From Camelus ferus (lineage: Eukaryota), in contig NC_045717.1 in NCBI RefSeq assembly GCF_009834535.1, positions 17,732,001-17,796,000 on the forward strand: a stretch of 64,000 nt of DNA, written 5' to 3'. Both the position numbers and the translations under genes were made by a program. This document shows positions 1-10,835 of this stretch, piece by piece. Position 1 is the first letter of the stretch. Each line of letters begins with the position of its first letter. The notes under the pieces were generated by a model, which worked only from the letters and a program-made list of their open reading frames with translations, did not search any database and was not told where the DNA came from.

Positions 1-920
1 AAGAACTCATACAACTCAACAACAAAAAAACAAACAACCTGATTAAAAAATGTGCAGAGAAGCTGAATAGACATTTTCCAAGCTACCAGGCACATGAAAA
101 GATGTTCAACACTACTAATTATTAGGGAAATGCAAATCAAAACCGCAGTGAGGTATTACCTCACACCTGTTATGTTAACCTATTATCAAAAAGGGGGAAA
201 ATAACAAGTGTTGGTAAGGATGTGGAGCAAAGGGAACCCTCATGCATTTTTGTTGTAATGTAAGCTAGTGAAGCAATTATGGAAGAGAATGTGGATAGTT
301 CTTAAAAAATTAAAACTAGAACTAGCATATGATCCAGCTATGATCCAAGATGTCCTTGAGTAGGTAAATGCATAGTTAAACTGTGGTACATCCTGACAAT
401 GGAATATTATTTAGAGCCGAAGAAGTAAGCTATTAAGCCATAAAAAGATACCGAGGAACATTAAATGCACATTACTAAGCGAAAGAAGACCCTCTAAAAA
501 TGCTACATACTGTACAATTCCAACTATATGACATTCTGAAAAAGGCAAAACTATGAAGAGAGTAAAAAAATAAATGAGTGGTTGACAGATATTAGGGGAG
601 AGGGGTGGATGAGTAGGCAGAGCATAGAGGCAGTGAAAGCACTCCAAATGATACCTTAACAATGGATTAATCTCATAATACATTATCTAAAGCCCATAGG
701 AGGAACAACGGGAGTGAACCACAACGTAACCTATGCACTTAGGTGATGATAACGTGTCAATGTAGGTTCATCGATTGTGACAAACGTACCACTCCAGTGG
801 AGAATGTTGATAATGGGAAACTGTTCATGTGTGGGGGGCAGAGGGTATATGGGAAATCTATGTACCTTCCTCTCATTTTCACTGTGAACCTAAAACTGCT
901 CTAAAAATAGTCTTAAAAAT
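1..920 (+). mobile_element. L1 (LINE-1) 3' portion, old L1M/L1MC-type, cut by the window edge
   Basis: L1 ORF2 C-terminal signature (gaaatgcaaatcaaaac...tacctcacacctgtt) followed by an L1MC-like 3'UTR ending gtgaacctaaaactgctctaaaaatag. Degenerate. Confidence 0.8.
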
Positions 921-989
921 AATAAGCTGAAACCCAATCTGAGATATTTGCACAATATTTTTTTTTGGGTAAAATACAGTTTAAGAGCT

Positions 990-1170
990 TGGCAAACTTA
1001 AGTGTAAATGGCTAAATGGTAAACATTTTTGACTTTGCAGGCCGCACTATCTCTGTCACAAAGGCTCAACTCTGCTGTTGTAGCACAAAAACAGTCACAG
1101 ACAATATATCAATGAGTGGGTATGACTGTGTTCCAACAAATATATATATAAACAGGCAGTGGACCCACAT
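990..1170. mobile_element. MER58A-like hAT DNA transposon remnant (paralogous copy about 42690-42880)
   Basis: Motif actttgcaggccgcactatctctgtcacaa...ctcaactctgctgttgtagc...gactgtgttccaacaaa resembles the MER58A consensus (from recall). Confidence 0.7.
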
Positions 1171-1849
1171 GCTGTAGTTTTTCACCCCTAAAACTGTAGT
1201 ATAAAGGCATTAGAAGAAATTAAGTAGGATGTTTCTGATTAGAACAATATTAAGGTACAAGAAACAGAAAGCAAAGGAAAAAGGTAAAAAAAATTAGTAT
1301 TTAGAATCTCTTTTTAAACGCCTGCAAATCAGTAAGAACAAGATAATCTAACAGAAAAACGAGGAAAGACTTTGAACAGGCATGTGACAAAAAGGAAACC
1401 CACACGGCTAATAAACGATGGAGATTTTGAATCCCACTAGTAATTAGGGAAATGCAATTTAAAGTGACAATGGGAGCTCGCTTGGCAACCATATTGGCAA
1501 AATTAAGTTTCACATTGTCAAGCGTTAGAAAGGACGTGGGGAAACAGATCCCCTGATACACAAGTGCCAAGGGTGTAAATCAGCACAGCCACCTGAGAGT
1601 TGAATTTGGCAATTCTTCTTAAATTTAAGAATCGTATTTTTTATGACCTGATCATCTCACTACTCAATTTGTATTTGAATCAGGGAGTTCCTGATTGTAG
1701 CAAAAGACATATAAAGATGTGTATTGTATAATTCCTAACAATGGTGAAAAATTGGAAGCAAATCGAGATGTCTAATAGTTAAACATACACCACATATATT
1801 TATAATATTGACTATTAAATTAATTTTATAAAAATGAGGTGTTTCTATA

Positions 1850-2075
1850 GGTGCAGTTCTCACCTGGGGGCGATTTTGGGGGTGATTTTGTCCCTAAGGG
1901 GATATTTGGCCATGTCTGGAGACATTTATGTCATGGCTAGTGTGGGGAGGCTCTTGGAATCTAGTGGGTAGAGGGCAAAGAAGCTGTTAAACATCCAGCA
2001 GTGTTCAGACAGCCCCCACTGCAAAGGGTGAGCCAACCCAAATGTCAACACTGACAAGGTTGAGAAAACTTATTC
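1850..2075. mobile_element. MER20 DNA transposon remnant (paralogues about 43550-43750 and 61995-62195)
   Basis: ggcgattttg...atttggccatgtctggagacattt...gctgttaaacatcc...aatgtcaacactgacaaggttgagaa, typical of MER20. Confidence 0.75.
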
Positions 2076-2179
2076 TATATAAACTAACATGAATATCACT
2101 CCAAAATGATGAGTAAAAAAGCCAAGCTGCAGAAAGGTACCTACAGAATAATCAAATTGTGTTAAATCACGTGGTATGA

Positions 2180-2770
2180 AAAGCAGCCTGGTGGTTCATC
2201 AAAAAATTGAATATAGAATTACTATATGACTAAGGACTTTCCTGGGAATGTACCCCAAAGAAATTAAAAGAATTCAAAAAAAATCCTTGTACACAGATAT
2301 CCATGGCAACACTACTTACGTGGCCAGAAGGTGGAAATAACCCAAATGCCCGTCAGTGGGTGAACAAGTAAACAAAACATGGTCCAGCCATAAAATGACA
2401 TATTAACTCAGTTATTAAAAGGAATGAAGCACTGATAACATGCTATCTGACAGGTGAATCTCAAAAATACTATGCTGAGTGAAAAAAGCCAGACCTCATA
2501 GGTCTACAAATTGTATGATTCCATTTTTATGGGATGTCCAGATCAGGCAAACCCACAGGGGCAGAAAGCAGATAAGTGATTGCCAGGGGCTGAGGGAGGA
2601 AGACCGCTAATGGGATGGGATCTCCCATTTTTGGGGGGTGATGAAAATGTTCTGGAACTAGGAAGAGACGGTGGTTGAATAACATTGTGAATGTGCTAAA
2701 TGCCACTGAATTGTTCACTTTAAAGTGGTTAATTTTAAGTTATGTGAATTTCACCTCAAAAATAAAACAA
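2180..2770 (+). mobile_element. L1MB-type 3' end (paralogues about 43860-44440 + and 61310-61890 -)
   Basis: aattgaatatagaattactatatgac...aatgtgctaaatgccactgaattgttcacttt...atgtgaatttcacctcaaaaataaaa. Confidence 0.75.
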
Positions 2771-3149
2771 AACAAGCAAGCAAAAAGCACAACAAAGCTC
2801 TACAGCAGTATCTTATTTGATGTGTTTGTGTCTGTTCACACCCTCCTGCATACAAAGTTCTGCAAGGATGCCCATCAAATTCACCATCATGATCCCATAG
2901 CTGGCCATTGCAAGACTTTTAGCCTTATTTGTAGCATCTCAATGATTTAATAGGAAGAAACATATTTATGTATTGATGTAAAAAAATTTTAAACACATGT
3001 AATTAGACAAATGATCCGATCAGGGAAGAAAGGAGATGGAGAGGCATGTGGGGCAGCCTCCTCAGCCCCAGCAGGCAATGGCAGGACTGCTTTCCTGCCA
3101 AAGTCAGGAACCAGGGCCTCAAATGCCAAATTTGTGAAGCATTAAACTC

Positions 3150-3270
3150 TGCTCAAGCCCCTGAGAAGCCCAGGTAATTGACTCACACCTGGCAGGCAGG
3201 GAGGGATGGAAGGAAAGTGAGAAAGTCTCCCTGAGGTTGTCCAACACCTTGCAGGGTCCCCAGGGGTCCC
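3150..3270 (+). promoter_or_regulatory. Putative OR promoter of OR10H1-like gene A: homeodomain site plus O/E (EBF) site
   Basis: TAATTG at 3175-3180 and TCCCCAGGGG at 3257-3266, both conserved in the paralogous copies (44845-44850/44926-44935 and 60902-60907/60817-60826). HD plus O/E sites are the established OR promoter architecture. Confidence 0.5.
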
Positions 3271-3509
3271 AGCATCCTTGTAGCAGAGGGAAGATGCAGA
3301 GGCAGTGGGACCACAGCAAGAGAAGGCAGCAGGCAGGGAGCAGAGGCAACATAAATAATGATGGTGAGGTTCAGGTAGCCCTTCCCTCTCTACCCTGCTG
3401 GCACACTCAGGGTGGCAGGCTCTTGCCTTGCAGCCCTCACCTGCAAGGAAACATCAAACCAGGACCTCCAACTGGAGTGAGGCAGAAGGAGGTGCAGAGC
3501 CTGGAGCCC

Positions 3510-3518
3510 CAGGTGAGT
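3510..3518 (+). other. Splice donor of a putative 5'UTR exon of OR10H1-like gene A (CAG|GTGAGT)
   Basis: Perfect donor consensus with GT at 3513-3514, identical in copies B (GT 45172-45173) and C (GT 60594-60593, minus). Would pair with the acceptor ...cctcacttcag| at 7463. Confidence 0.55.
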
Positions 3519-4084
3519 CATCGTCCCTCCCTCCCACTTGACCAGGAGAGACCTGGGGAACCAGCAACTGCCACAGACTCAGAGAAGCCACCCTGTCTAT
3601 ATAAATCCTTGGGCAATTCGAGTCTACGGGATGGGAGCAGAAGGCAGGGCTCCACTTCCTATCTTCAAGGTGATGGGATGATTGCTTCTCAGGACAGGTG
3701 AAGAAACTGAGGTGCAGAGAGGGGAGCTACTGCTCTCAGTTACCAGAACACCTGCTTGCGTTTTAACTTCTCTCCCCTCTCCGTCCTGGCCAGAAAAACA
3801 GTGGTAAAAGGATTGAGGGGAGGCAGAGAAAAGAGACAAGAGGATTTAGGACTGAGAGGCTCCAGTCACCCACCAAGGGTGTAATGTATCCGGGGGCACC
3901 AGGGCGGACAGGTGTGGTGACGGTAAGGAGTTAGGAATGAAAATGGGGAGAGAAAAGGGAGGCGATGGTGGCAGAGATGGGAGGGAGGATGCAGAAGGGC
4001 ATCCTAAAGAACTCCACTGAGAAGAGAGAGCCAGGATGGGGGCAGATGGGTAAGGCAAGATGGAGGCAACACAGACCTCGCTTG

Positions 4085-4290
4085 TGGTACTCAACCAGGG
4101 GCAGTTCTGCTCCCTAGGGGACATGAGACAGTATGTGAGGATACTTTTGATTGTCACAATTGGGAGAAGCTACCTGCACGTAGTGGGCGACAAGGATGCT
4201 GCTCAACATCTTATACTGCACAGGACAGCCCACAACCACAAAAATTATAAGCCCCCAAAGTCCCTAAGGCTGAGGTTGGAAAACCCTGCT
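4085..4290. mobile_element. MER20 remnant (paralogues about 45790-45990 and 59820-60030)
   Basis: ctcaaccaggggcagttctgctccctaggggacat...cttttgattgtcacaat...gatgctgctcaacatctta...ctgaggttggaaaacc. Confidence 0.7.
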
Positions 4291-4544
4291 GCAGGGGTAT
4301 ACGAGAACAAGATTTGTTCACAGGTGGCCTTGGCCCCTGTGTTCCTTGGTGGAGAGCTGGCCCCGCTGTGGATTCCACTAAGTGTCAGACAGCCAGATCG
4401 CACTCTCTCTGGGGCTGTTCAAACGCTTGCAGAGGAAACCACTACGTATTCTGGTGGATCAGTGCCAGGTTTCAGTCCATTTCATCCTGAACCCACACCC
4501 TCCATGGTCCTAAGGCTCTTTGTTTACTTTAAAAAATAGACAGA

Positions 4545-4935
4545 CTTTACTTTTCAGAGCTTTAGGTTTACTGAAAATTGAGCAGATAGCGCAGAGGATT
4601 TCCACATATCCTCTCCCTCCCCGACCACAGCTTCCCCTGTTATCAACCTTCTGCATTCCAGAGGTAACTGTGCTACAGTTGCTGGACTTACATTGACATG
4701 TTCTTATTAACCACAGCCCACAGTTTACATGAGGGTTCACTTTTAGTGCTGTACATCCTATGAATTTTGACAAACGCACAATGTCATGTAGCCACCATTA
4801 TAGTATCACACAGAATTGTTTCCACCCCTTAAAAAAACCCGAGTTCCACCTATTCATCTTTCCCTCTCTCTCTTCCCGAGGTCCTGACAACCACCAATCT
4901 TTTTACTGACTTTACAGTTTTGCCTTTTTCCAGAA
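4545..4935 (-). mobile_element. L1MC-type 3' end (paralogues about 46280-46650 and 59170-59560)
   Basis: The reverse strand reads aaccctcatgtaaactgtggg...gtggaaatcctctg...ctgctcaattttcagtaaacctaaagct, typical of L1MC 3' ends. Confidence 0.7.
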
Positions 4936-6039
4936 TGAACAGACACCAGTCTTAGCTGCCTCTGCATCCCCCTCATCCCAGAAGATGGATACGCAGCCCT
5001 GGACCACCTCCCCCAGACATGGTGAGCTCTTATCTCCTCACAGTGCCTCTCCCTTTCTTTATTCATGGCTGTGGAGTTTTGTGCTCTTAATTAATACAGG
5101 GAGGGAGTGTGTGGATGGTCTGGTGTGGTGAAGCTAACAGCTCTTTGGTCCTGGGAGTGGCTCTGACATTCATTAACAGCCACCAGTAAGTGGTGAGTGT
5201 GACAGAGAGGTTAGGAAATGGTAGGCTTTTGGGTCATTCAGGTGCAGGTTCAGATCCTGGCTCCCCCACTCAGAAGCCACGGTCCTTTGGGCAAGTAATG
5301 TGTCTTGTGTGGGATGCAGCTGCCACTTCTGTAAAACAGGGATCAGAGTAGTGCCTCACAATATTGGGGTAAATACTTAACAGGAAACATATGAGCACAG
5401 GTGCCATGTCCAATAGAGGGTAGCTGTTCTCATCCAGAACTCAAAATCCAGTGCCAGAGATAGTTGCATCTCCAACATGACACATTATTACATTGGTCAT
5501 GAAAAAGTTAAGATGCTAGGTCCTTCAAACTCACTCAGAAGTTTGGAAGAACACAGGAATGAGTAACTAAATCTATTTGGGGAAGAGATGTCCAGAAAGG
5601 CTGCACTGTGCAGGTGACATTTAAATTGAGTCTTAAAGATGAACAGGTGTTTGCCAGTTGGAGAAGGGAAGAACTGAGATCCTGTCAGACAGAACATGCT
5701 GACTGTACTCTCCAGATCATGTCTCACCCATTCAATCTTTTCTTGGAGGTTCTTGTTTCTACATCATTGACTTTGACTCACCCTCTGCAATATCTCAGAG
5801 TATCTGGACTGAGTGGGGCTTTTGGAGCTATCACCCTGGAAACCTAGGGCAGGTACTGACCCAGAAGTGAGGGAAAGAAACAAGGGACTCCAAAGGAGGG
5901 AGGCCAAGAACTCTGGAAACTGATGATATTTGGGGAATGCAGCTTCCACTCACCAAACGTCTGGTTGTGTCTTGTTCTCAAACTGTCGGGGCTTGATCTA
6001 GGACAAGAGCCCACTTAATAGGGTATTCATTACATTTTC

Positions 6040-6490
6040 CTATTTTTTTCTTTACTGTGGTAAAATACACAGAACATAAAATTGACTATTTTCTCCTTCT
6101 TACAACAATTCAGTGACATTAAATACATTCAATGTTCTGCAACCCCCACCTCCACCTAGTTCCAGAACCTTCTCAGCACATCTAAAGGAAACCCAACACC
6201 TATTAGCAGTCACTCCCTGTCTCCCCTTTCCCCGGCACCTGGAAACCACTGCTATGCTTTAAACTCCTGCATGAATGTTCATAGCAGCGCGATTCAGAAG
6301 AGTGAAAAATGAAAACAACCTCAATGTCTATCAGTGGGTGAATAGATAAAGAAAATGTGGTCTAACCATAAAGGAACATTGATTGGCTGTGAAAAGGAAT
6401 GACGTTCTCATACACACTACGACATGGAAGAGCCTCGAAAACATCATGCTGAGTGAAAGAAGCCAGACCCCAAAGGCCACAGATTAGTGG
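6040..6490. mobile_element. L1MB-type fragment with internal inversion (paralogues about 47925-48430 and 57355-57805)
   Basis: 6040-6255 is an L1MB 3' end on the minus strand. 6256-6490 is the adjacent more-5' L1MB part on the plus strand. Both meet at the ...agtggtt... motif. Confidence 0.6.
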
Positions 6491-7474
6491 TTTACTGCCT
6501 TTTAAGCTTACCTAATAAAAATCACTTAAAAACAGTTATTTATAAAGAAAGATTGAAATCTCATTAAACAAAAGTTACTGACTGAGCACAGACCATGTGC
6601 ATTTGCTCACTTAGTGTATTGATTTCATTATCACAGGCCGTGCCTACTGTTTTCCAGATCACAGTCCCAGAATAGCTCATTTAGTTCCCACAACAGTTCT
6701 CTGAGGCAGGTAGAGAGAAATGGAGGTGCAGAGTGGTGAAGAAAGTGGCTCAGGTTTACACAGTGGGCAGAGCAGGAATTTGCACCCAGTGGACTGACTC
6801 CCACATCCCTTTGTCTGATGGCTATGTTGCATTGCCTCAGGAGGGGCAGGTGGGCCTCATGGGAGCTGGAAAATAACCAGAACATCATCTCTACATCATC
6901 CTTCCTTGAATTTCTTGCATGGATGACTCCAGAGGAAGAATCTGCTTGATTCATATTAAGTTAGAGGTGCACACTACAAAGTGTTGTAGACCCCGGGTAG
7001 GGACGTCTTGTGGTATCTGAAGCTCTGGGAGGATCAGGATTTATCAGAAGGGAGGAGAGGAGAAGAGTAGCAATAGCTGGAAACTCAGTGAAGGAACATT
7101 TTCATGTTTGGAAGCAAAATCCCTAGAAGGATAGAAGGGTAGAGTCTTTGGGGACAGCCAGCCATGGGTTCAGGTTTCGGATCTGCCATTTTGACAACTT
7201 CACCTTGAACAAGCTGCTTGGCCTCTCTGCACCCCAATATTCTTAATAAGTATTCTAAAAATTCTCAAAACAAGGTGAAAAAAACAGCACCTCCCCCACT
7301 ATATTGATGAGAGGATTAAATCATAGGAGGCACAGAGTAAGAACTCAACTGATGTTACCTGTCATTTACCAGGAGCAGCCCCTTGGGCAGGGCCAGCAGT
7401 GGTGGAAGCTGATGGCCGCCCTCCACCCAGGAGCTGAGCTCTCCATGTCACACCTCACTTCAGGCACAGCCTCC

Positions 7475-8422
7475 ATGCAGGGAGCCAACCTCTCAGCAGT
7501 GACTGAATTCATCCTCATCGGCTTCTCCACCTTCCCCCACCTCCAGCTGATGTTCTTCCTGCTCTTCCTGCTCATGTACCTGTTCACGCTGCTGGGGAAC
7601 GTGCTCATCATGGCCACCATCTGGAGCGAGCGCAGCCTCCACACCCCCATGTACCTCTTCCTCTGCGCCCTCTCCATCTCTGAGGTCTTCTACACTTTTG
7701 CTGTCATCCCACGCATGCTGGCCGACCTGCTCTCCACTGATCGCTACATCTCCTTCANNNNNNNNNNNNNNNNNNNNNNNNNNNNNNNNNNNNNNNNNNN
7801 NNNNNNNNNNNNNNNNNNNNNNNNNNNNNNNNNNNNNNNNNNNNNNNNNNNNNNNNNNNNNNNNNNNNNNNNNNNNNNNNNNNNNNNNNNNNNCTGTGCC
7901 TGTCTGGTGGCCTGGTCCTGGGTTGGAGGCTCAGTCATGGGGCTGGTGGTGACATCAGCCATTTTCCAGCTCACCTTCTGTGGCTCTAATGTGATCCATT
8001 ATTTTGGCTGCCACGTGCTACCTCTCCTGAAGTTGGCCTGTGGGGACAATGTCTCCACAGTGGCCATGGGCGTGGACCTAGTGTGTATCACGGCCTTGCT
8101 GGGCTGCTGTCTCCTCATCCTCCTCTCTTACGCCTTCATTGTGGCCACCATCTTGAGGATCCCCTCTGCTGAGGGCCGGCACAAGGCCTTCTCCACCTGT
8201 GCGTCCCACCTCACCGTGGTGGTCGTGCACTATAGCTTCGCCTCCATCATCTACCTCAAGCCCAAGATTCCCCAGTCTCTGGAAGGAGACACGCTCATGG
8301 GCATCACCTACACGGTCCTCACTCCCTTCCTCAGCCCCATCATCTTCAGTCTCAGGAACAAGGAGCTGAAGAATGCCATGAAGAAGACCTTTCTCAGCAT
8401 GCTTTACCCAGAAAAAATGTGA
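7475..8422 (+). CDS. OR10H1: Olfactory receptor, subfamily 10H, OR10H1-like (gene A), 315 aa; codons about 95-140 lie in a 136-N gap
   Basis: MQGANLSAVTEFILIGFS, LHTPMYLFL, KAFSTCASHL, PFLSPIIFSLRNKEL and C-terminal LYPEK as in human OR10H1. ATG is 11 nt after the acceptor cctcacttcag|. The gap length (136) equals the homologous length in gene B, so the frame is kept. The 372-aa ORF in the track runs upstream into the probable intron. Confidence 0.85.
   Translation: MQGANLSAVTEFILIGFSTFPHLQLMFFLLFLLMYLFTLLGNVLIMATIWSERSLHTPMYLFLCALSISEVFYTFAVIPRMLADLLSTDRYISFXXXXXXXXXXXXXXXXXXXXXXXXXXXXXXXXXXXXXXXXXXXXXXCACLVAWSWVGGSVMGLVVTSAIFQLTFCGSNVIHYFGCHVLPLLKLACGDNVSTVAMGVDLVCITALLGCCLLILLSYAFIVATILRIPSAEGRHKAFSTCASHLTVVVVHYSFASIIYLKPKIPQSLEGDTLMGITYTVLTPFLSPIIFSLRNKELKNAMKKTFLSMLYPEKM
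7758..7893. other. Assembly gap or mask (136 N) inside TM3 of OR gene A
   Basis: Run of N seen directly. Confidence 0.99.
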
Positions 8423-9229
8423 TTACTGGGAGGAATTCCTTGGACATAGCTAAACTGGGTTACCAGGTGCTACCATTAAAGATGGCCCCCTGTAAACATG
8501 TAATACCATATTTGTCTGATGCTTTAAATTTTATAAGGACCCTTGTCTGCAACATCCAAAGGTGCCCACAATGGTTAAGCAGCATCATGCCTGTACTCAG
8601 GGTGGAAAGCTGTATGAGGTGATCGATCACTCAGAGAAAATACGATTCGATGATTCCTATCTGTTGCAGGACACTTTGTCAGGTAGCGGTAAAGCCAGAA
8701 TCTGTTCTTCTTCTGCCGGAAGCAGGGGTGGTGTGATTACTCCCATCCCAGAAACCCACACTGCAAAGAGAAATGGAACACAGCAGACCTTCCCCCTGTG
8801 CTAGGCAGCACCGGGTAGCTACAACACAGGTTTGGCAAGGCTGTAGGAGACTAACCCAGGTTACAGGGGAGGAGAGCAAAGCACCGTAAATCCTAGCATT
8901 GCTCATCTCTGTAATAATCAGCCTCAGAAAAAGTTGAGAAAACCTCCACATTTTCAGTGTGAATCTTGAGCAGCTGCAGAGAGTCACTGGGAAGTCGCTA
9001 TTGTTAGGTCAAGGAAAGAAGTCCCACCGTGGAAATGGCCTGCTGTGTCAGAGTGACTCGGCTCATGGGCCAGCAGTGAACTCTTTGGTCTCACTAATGA
9101 GTGCAGAACCCAGAATGAAGGTGTATCCCATGGTCACACTGATTCAATGCTCCCCCTTGGTACGAGGGGGGATTTAAGGTTCATCATATTTCATAGTGCT
9201 TATAATCTTTTGAAAATACGTGTACTTGA

Positions 9230-9655
9230 GACAATGACAAATATGGTGTGATATCCCTTAAAAGTGGGATCAGAGAAAGATAAACTCATAAAAACAGATT
9301 GCAATGGTAGTTACCAGAGACTGAGGGGTGGGGGAACTGGGGAGATTTTTTTTAAGGGCACAAACTTTTAACCGTAAGCTCAACCAGTAGATGAGTAGAC
9401 CTGGAGGTCTGATGCACAGCCTATAGACAATAAGACTGTATTATAAACTTCAGAGTTGCTAAGAGACTAGATCTTAATTGTTCCCACCACAAGAAAGATG
9501 TGAAGGTTATGTGACATGATAGAGGTGTTGCTAATACTAACTGGTAGCTAACACTGTAGTGGTCATCAAACTGCAAATTATAAATGTATCACACCAGCAT
9601 TTTATATATATTAAAGTTACACATTGGTATATGTCAGTTATAACTCAATTAAAAA
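9230..9655 (+). mobile_element. L1MA-type 3' end (mirror copy about 54190-54620 -)
   Basis: gacaaatatggtgtgatatccctt...ggtagttaccagagactg...tagatcttaattgttcccaccac...gtcagttataactcaattaaaaa. Confidence 0.75.
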
Positions 9656-10835
9656 GTTTTCTTGACAAATGTATATTGTTTCAGAATGTGGATTCATCCA
9701 TTTATTTTAAAATAGCAATTTATAAAACTTAATGGGCACTAGTTGATGGTGGTACTGTTGTGTACAAAACGAACATAATTAAAACACACAAGCAATAAAT
9801 TAATCACCCTAACTCTTTCACAGTGAGCCACAGTAATGAGAAAGTAATGTTTTACCTAATGTTGTGTGTAGGAGAGGGGGCAAGGGATTTGCAATCAGCT
9901 AGACACAGCCTTTAAGCATGCTTTGTGTTCTTACTTAAGCGATGATCCCTCTTCTTTTTTCTCTCCCTCTCCTGTCTCTCTCTTTCTCACTATCTTTCCT
10001 TTCTCTCACTCACTCTCTATTTCACTCCATCACCCTCTCCAGCCCCATTTCTAACTCCCTTACATTTCTTCTCTTTCCTCTTCCTCCTATGCAAATAGAC
10101 CTATTATAGACAGCCTCCTTCTACTTTCCTTTCCCAGATGTTTCCCCATTTCTTACTTTATCCAATTTACTTTACAGATCAATTTTAAGGATTTCTGTCT
10201 CACTAGCTCATTATCTTTCAGTCTTTCTCTCTCCATTTGCATTCTAACATCCTTCACTCAACTCCACTCAGCATAGAAAACCCCGCTTTGGTTCTATCCC
10301 TTCCAGAGGCAATTAGGAACTGTAAATAATAAACCATTATCTTGAAACAAATAATTTTCTTATTTTACATTTATTATAACTAAGATGATAATAATTAAAA
10401 AAATCGGACACTGTGTTTCATATATAAAGCTACTCAGTGTTAGGGTGGTATTTATTATTTTTAATGTTATTCTTTTTATTCTTATATGGGGAAGAGGGAA
10501 ATAAAATATACTCTTGCTTGTTTATTTGGAAAGAAACATGGGCATCAGTGCCTAGACACATCCATCTGGGGCTTCCCACCTGCCTATAGACAGATAGCAA
10601 TTCTAAGGCACAAATAATAAGATGAAGTTCACCACACCAGGTATAAACAAGAGCTCATGATGGTTCAGGTCTATGCAAAAAAGAGATAAACATGTTGAGG
10701 ATAAAGAAATAGCTAGTATGCATCAAACTCCTATGGGGTGTGGATAGATTCACACACCTGAATCTTTACAACAGTTTTGAGACAGATTTATTATCCTAGG
10801 CTTTCTTTCAAATTTCTTCATCACCATACTGGCCA

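Larger units (their letters stand above)
3420..9827 (+). repeat. Segmental duplicate arm A; near-identical inverted copy at 54016-60680
   Basis: Reverse-complement match read by eye along the arm. Several chance ORFs are identical in both arms (8419-8622 vs 55222-55425; 4854-5066 vs 59035-59247; 8562-8804 vs 55040-55282). Confidence 0.92.

Noticed and set aside
3237-3701. 154-aa ORF shared in part with 45052-45333 and 60406-60846
   Set aside because: Start points and frames differ between copies. It overlaps the putative promoter and 5'UTR exon and has no recognisable domain.
7304-8422. 372-aa and 357-aa long versions of the OR10H1-type ORFs
   Set aside because: Homology to OR10H1 starts at MQG/MQA just after a good splice acceptor. 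The extension is probably intronic and is kept only as a low-weight finding.
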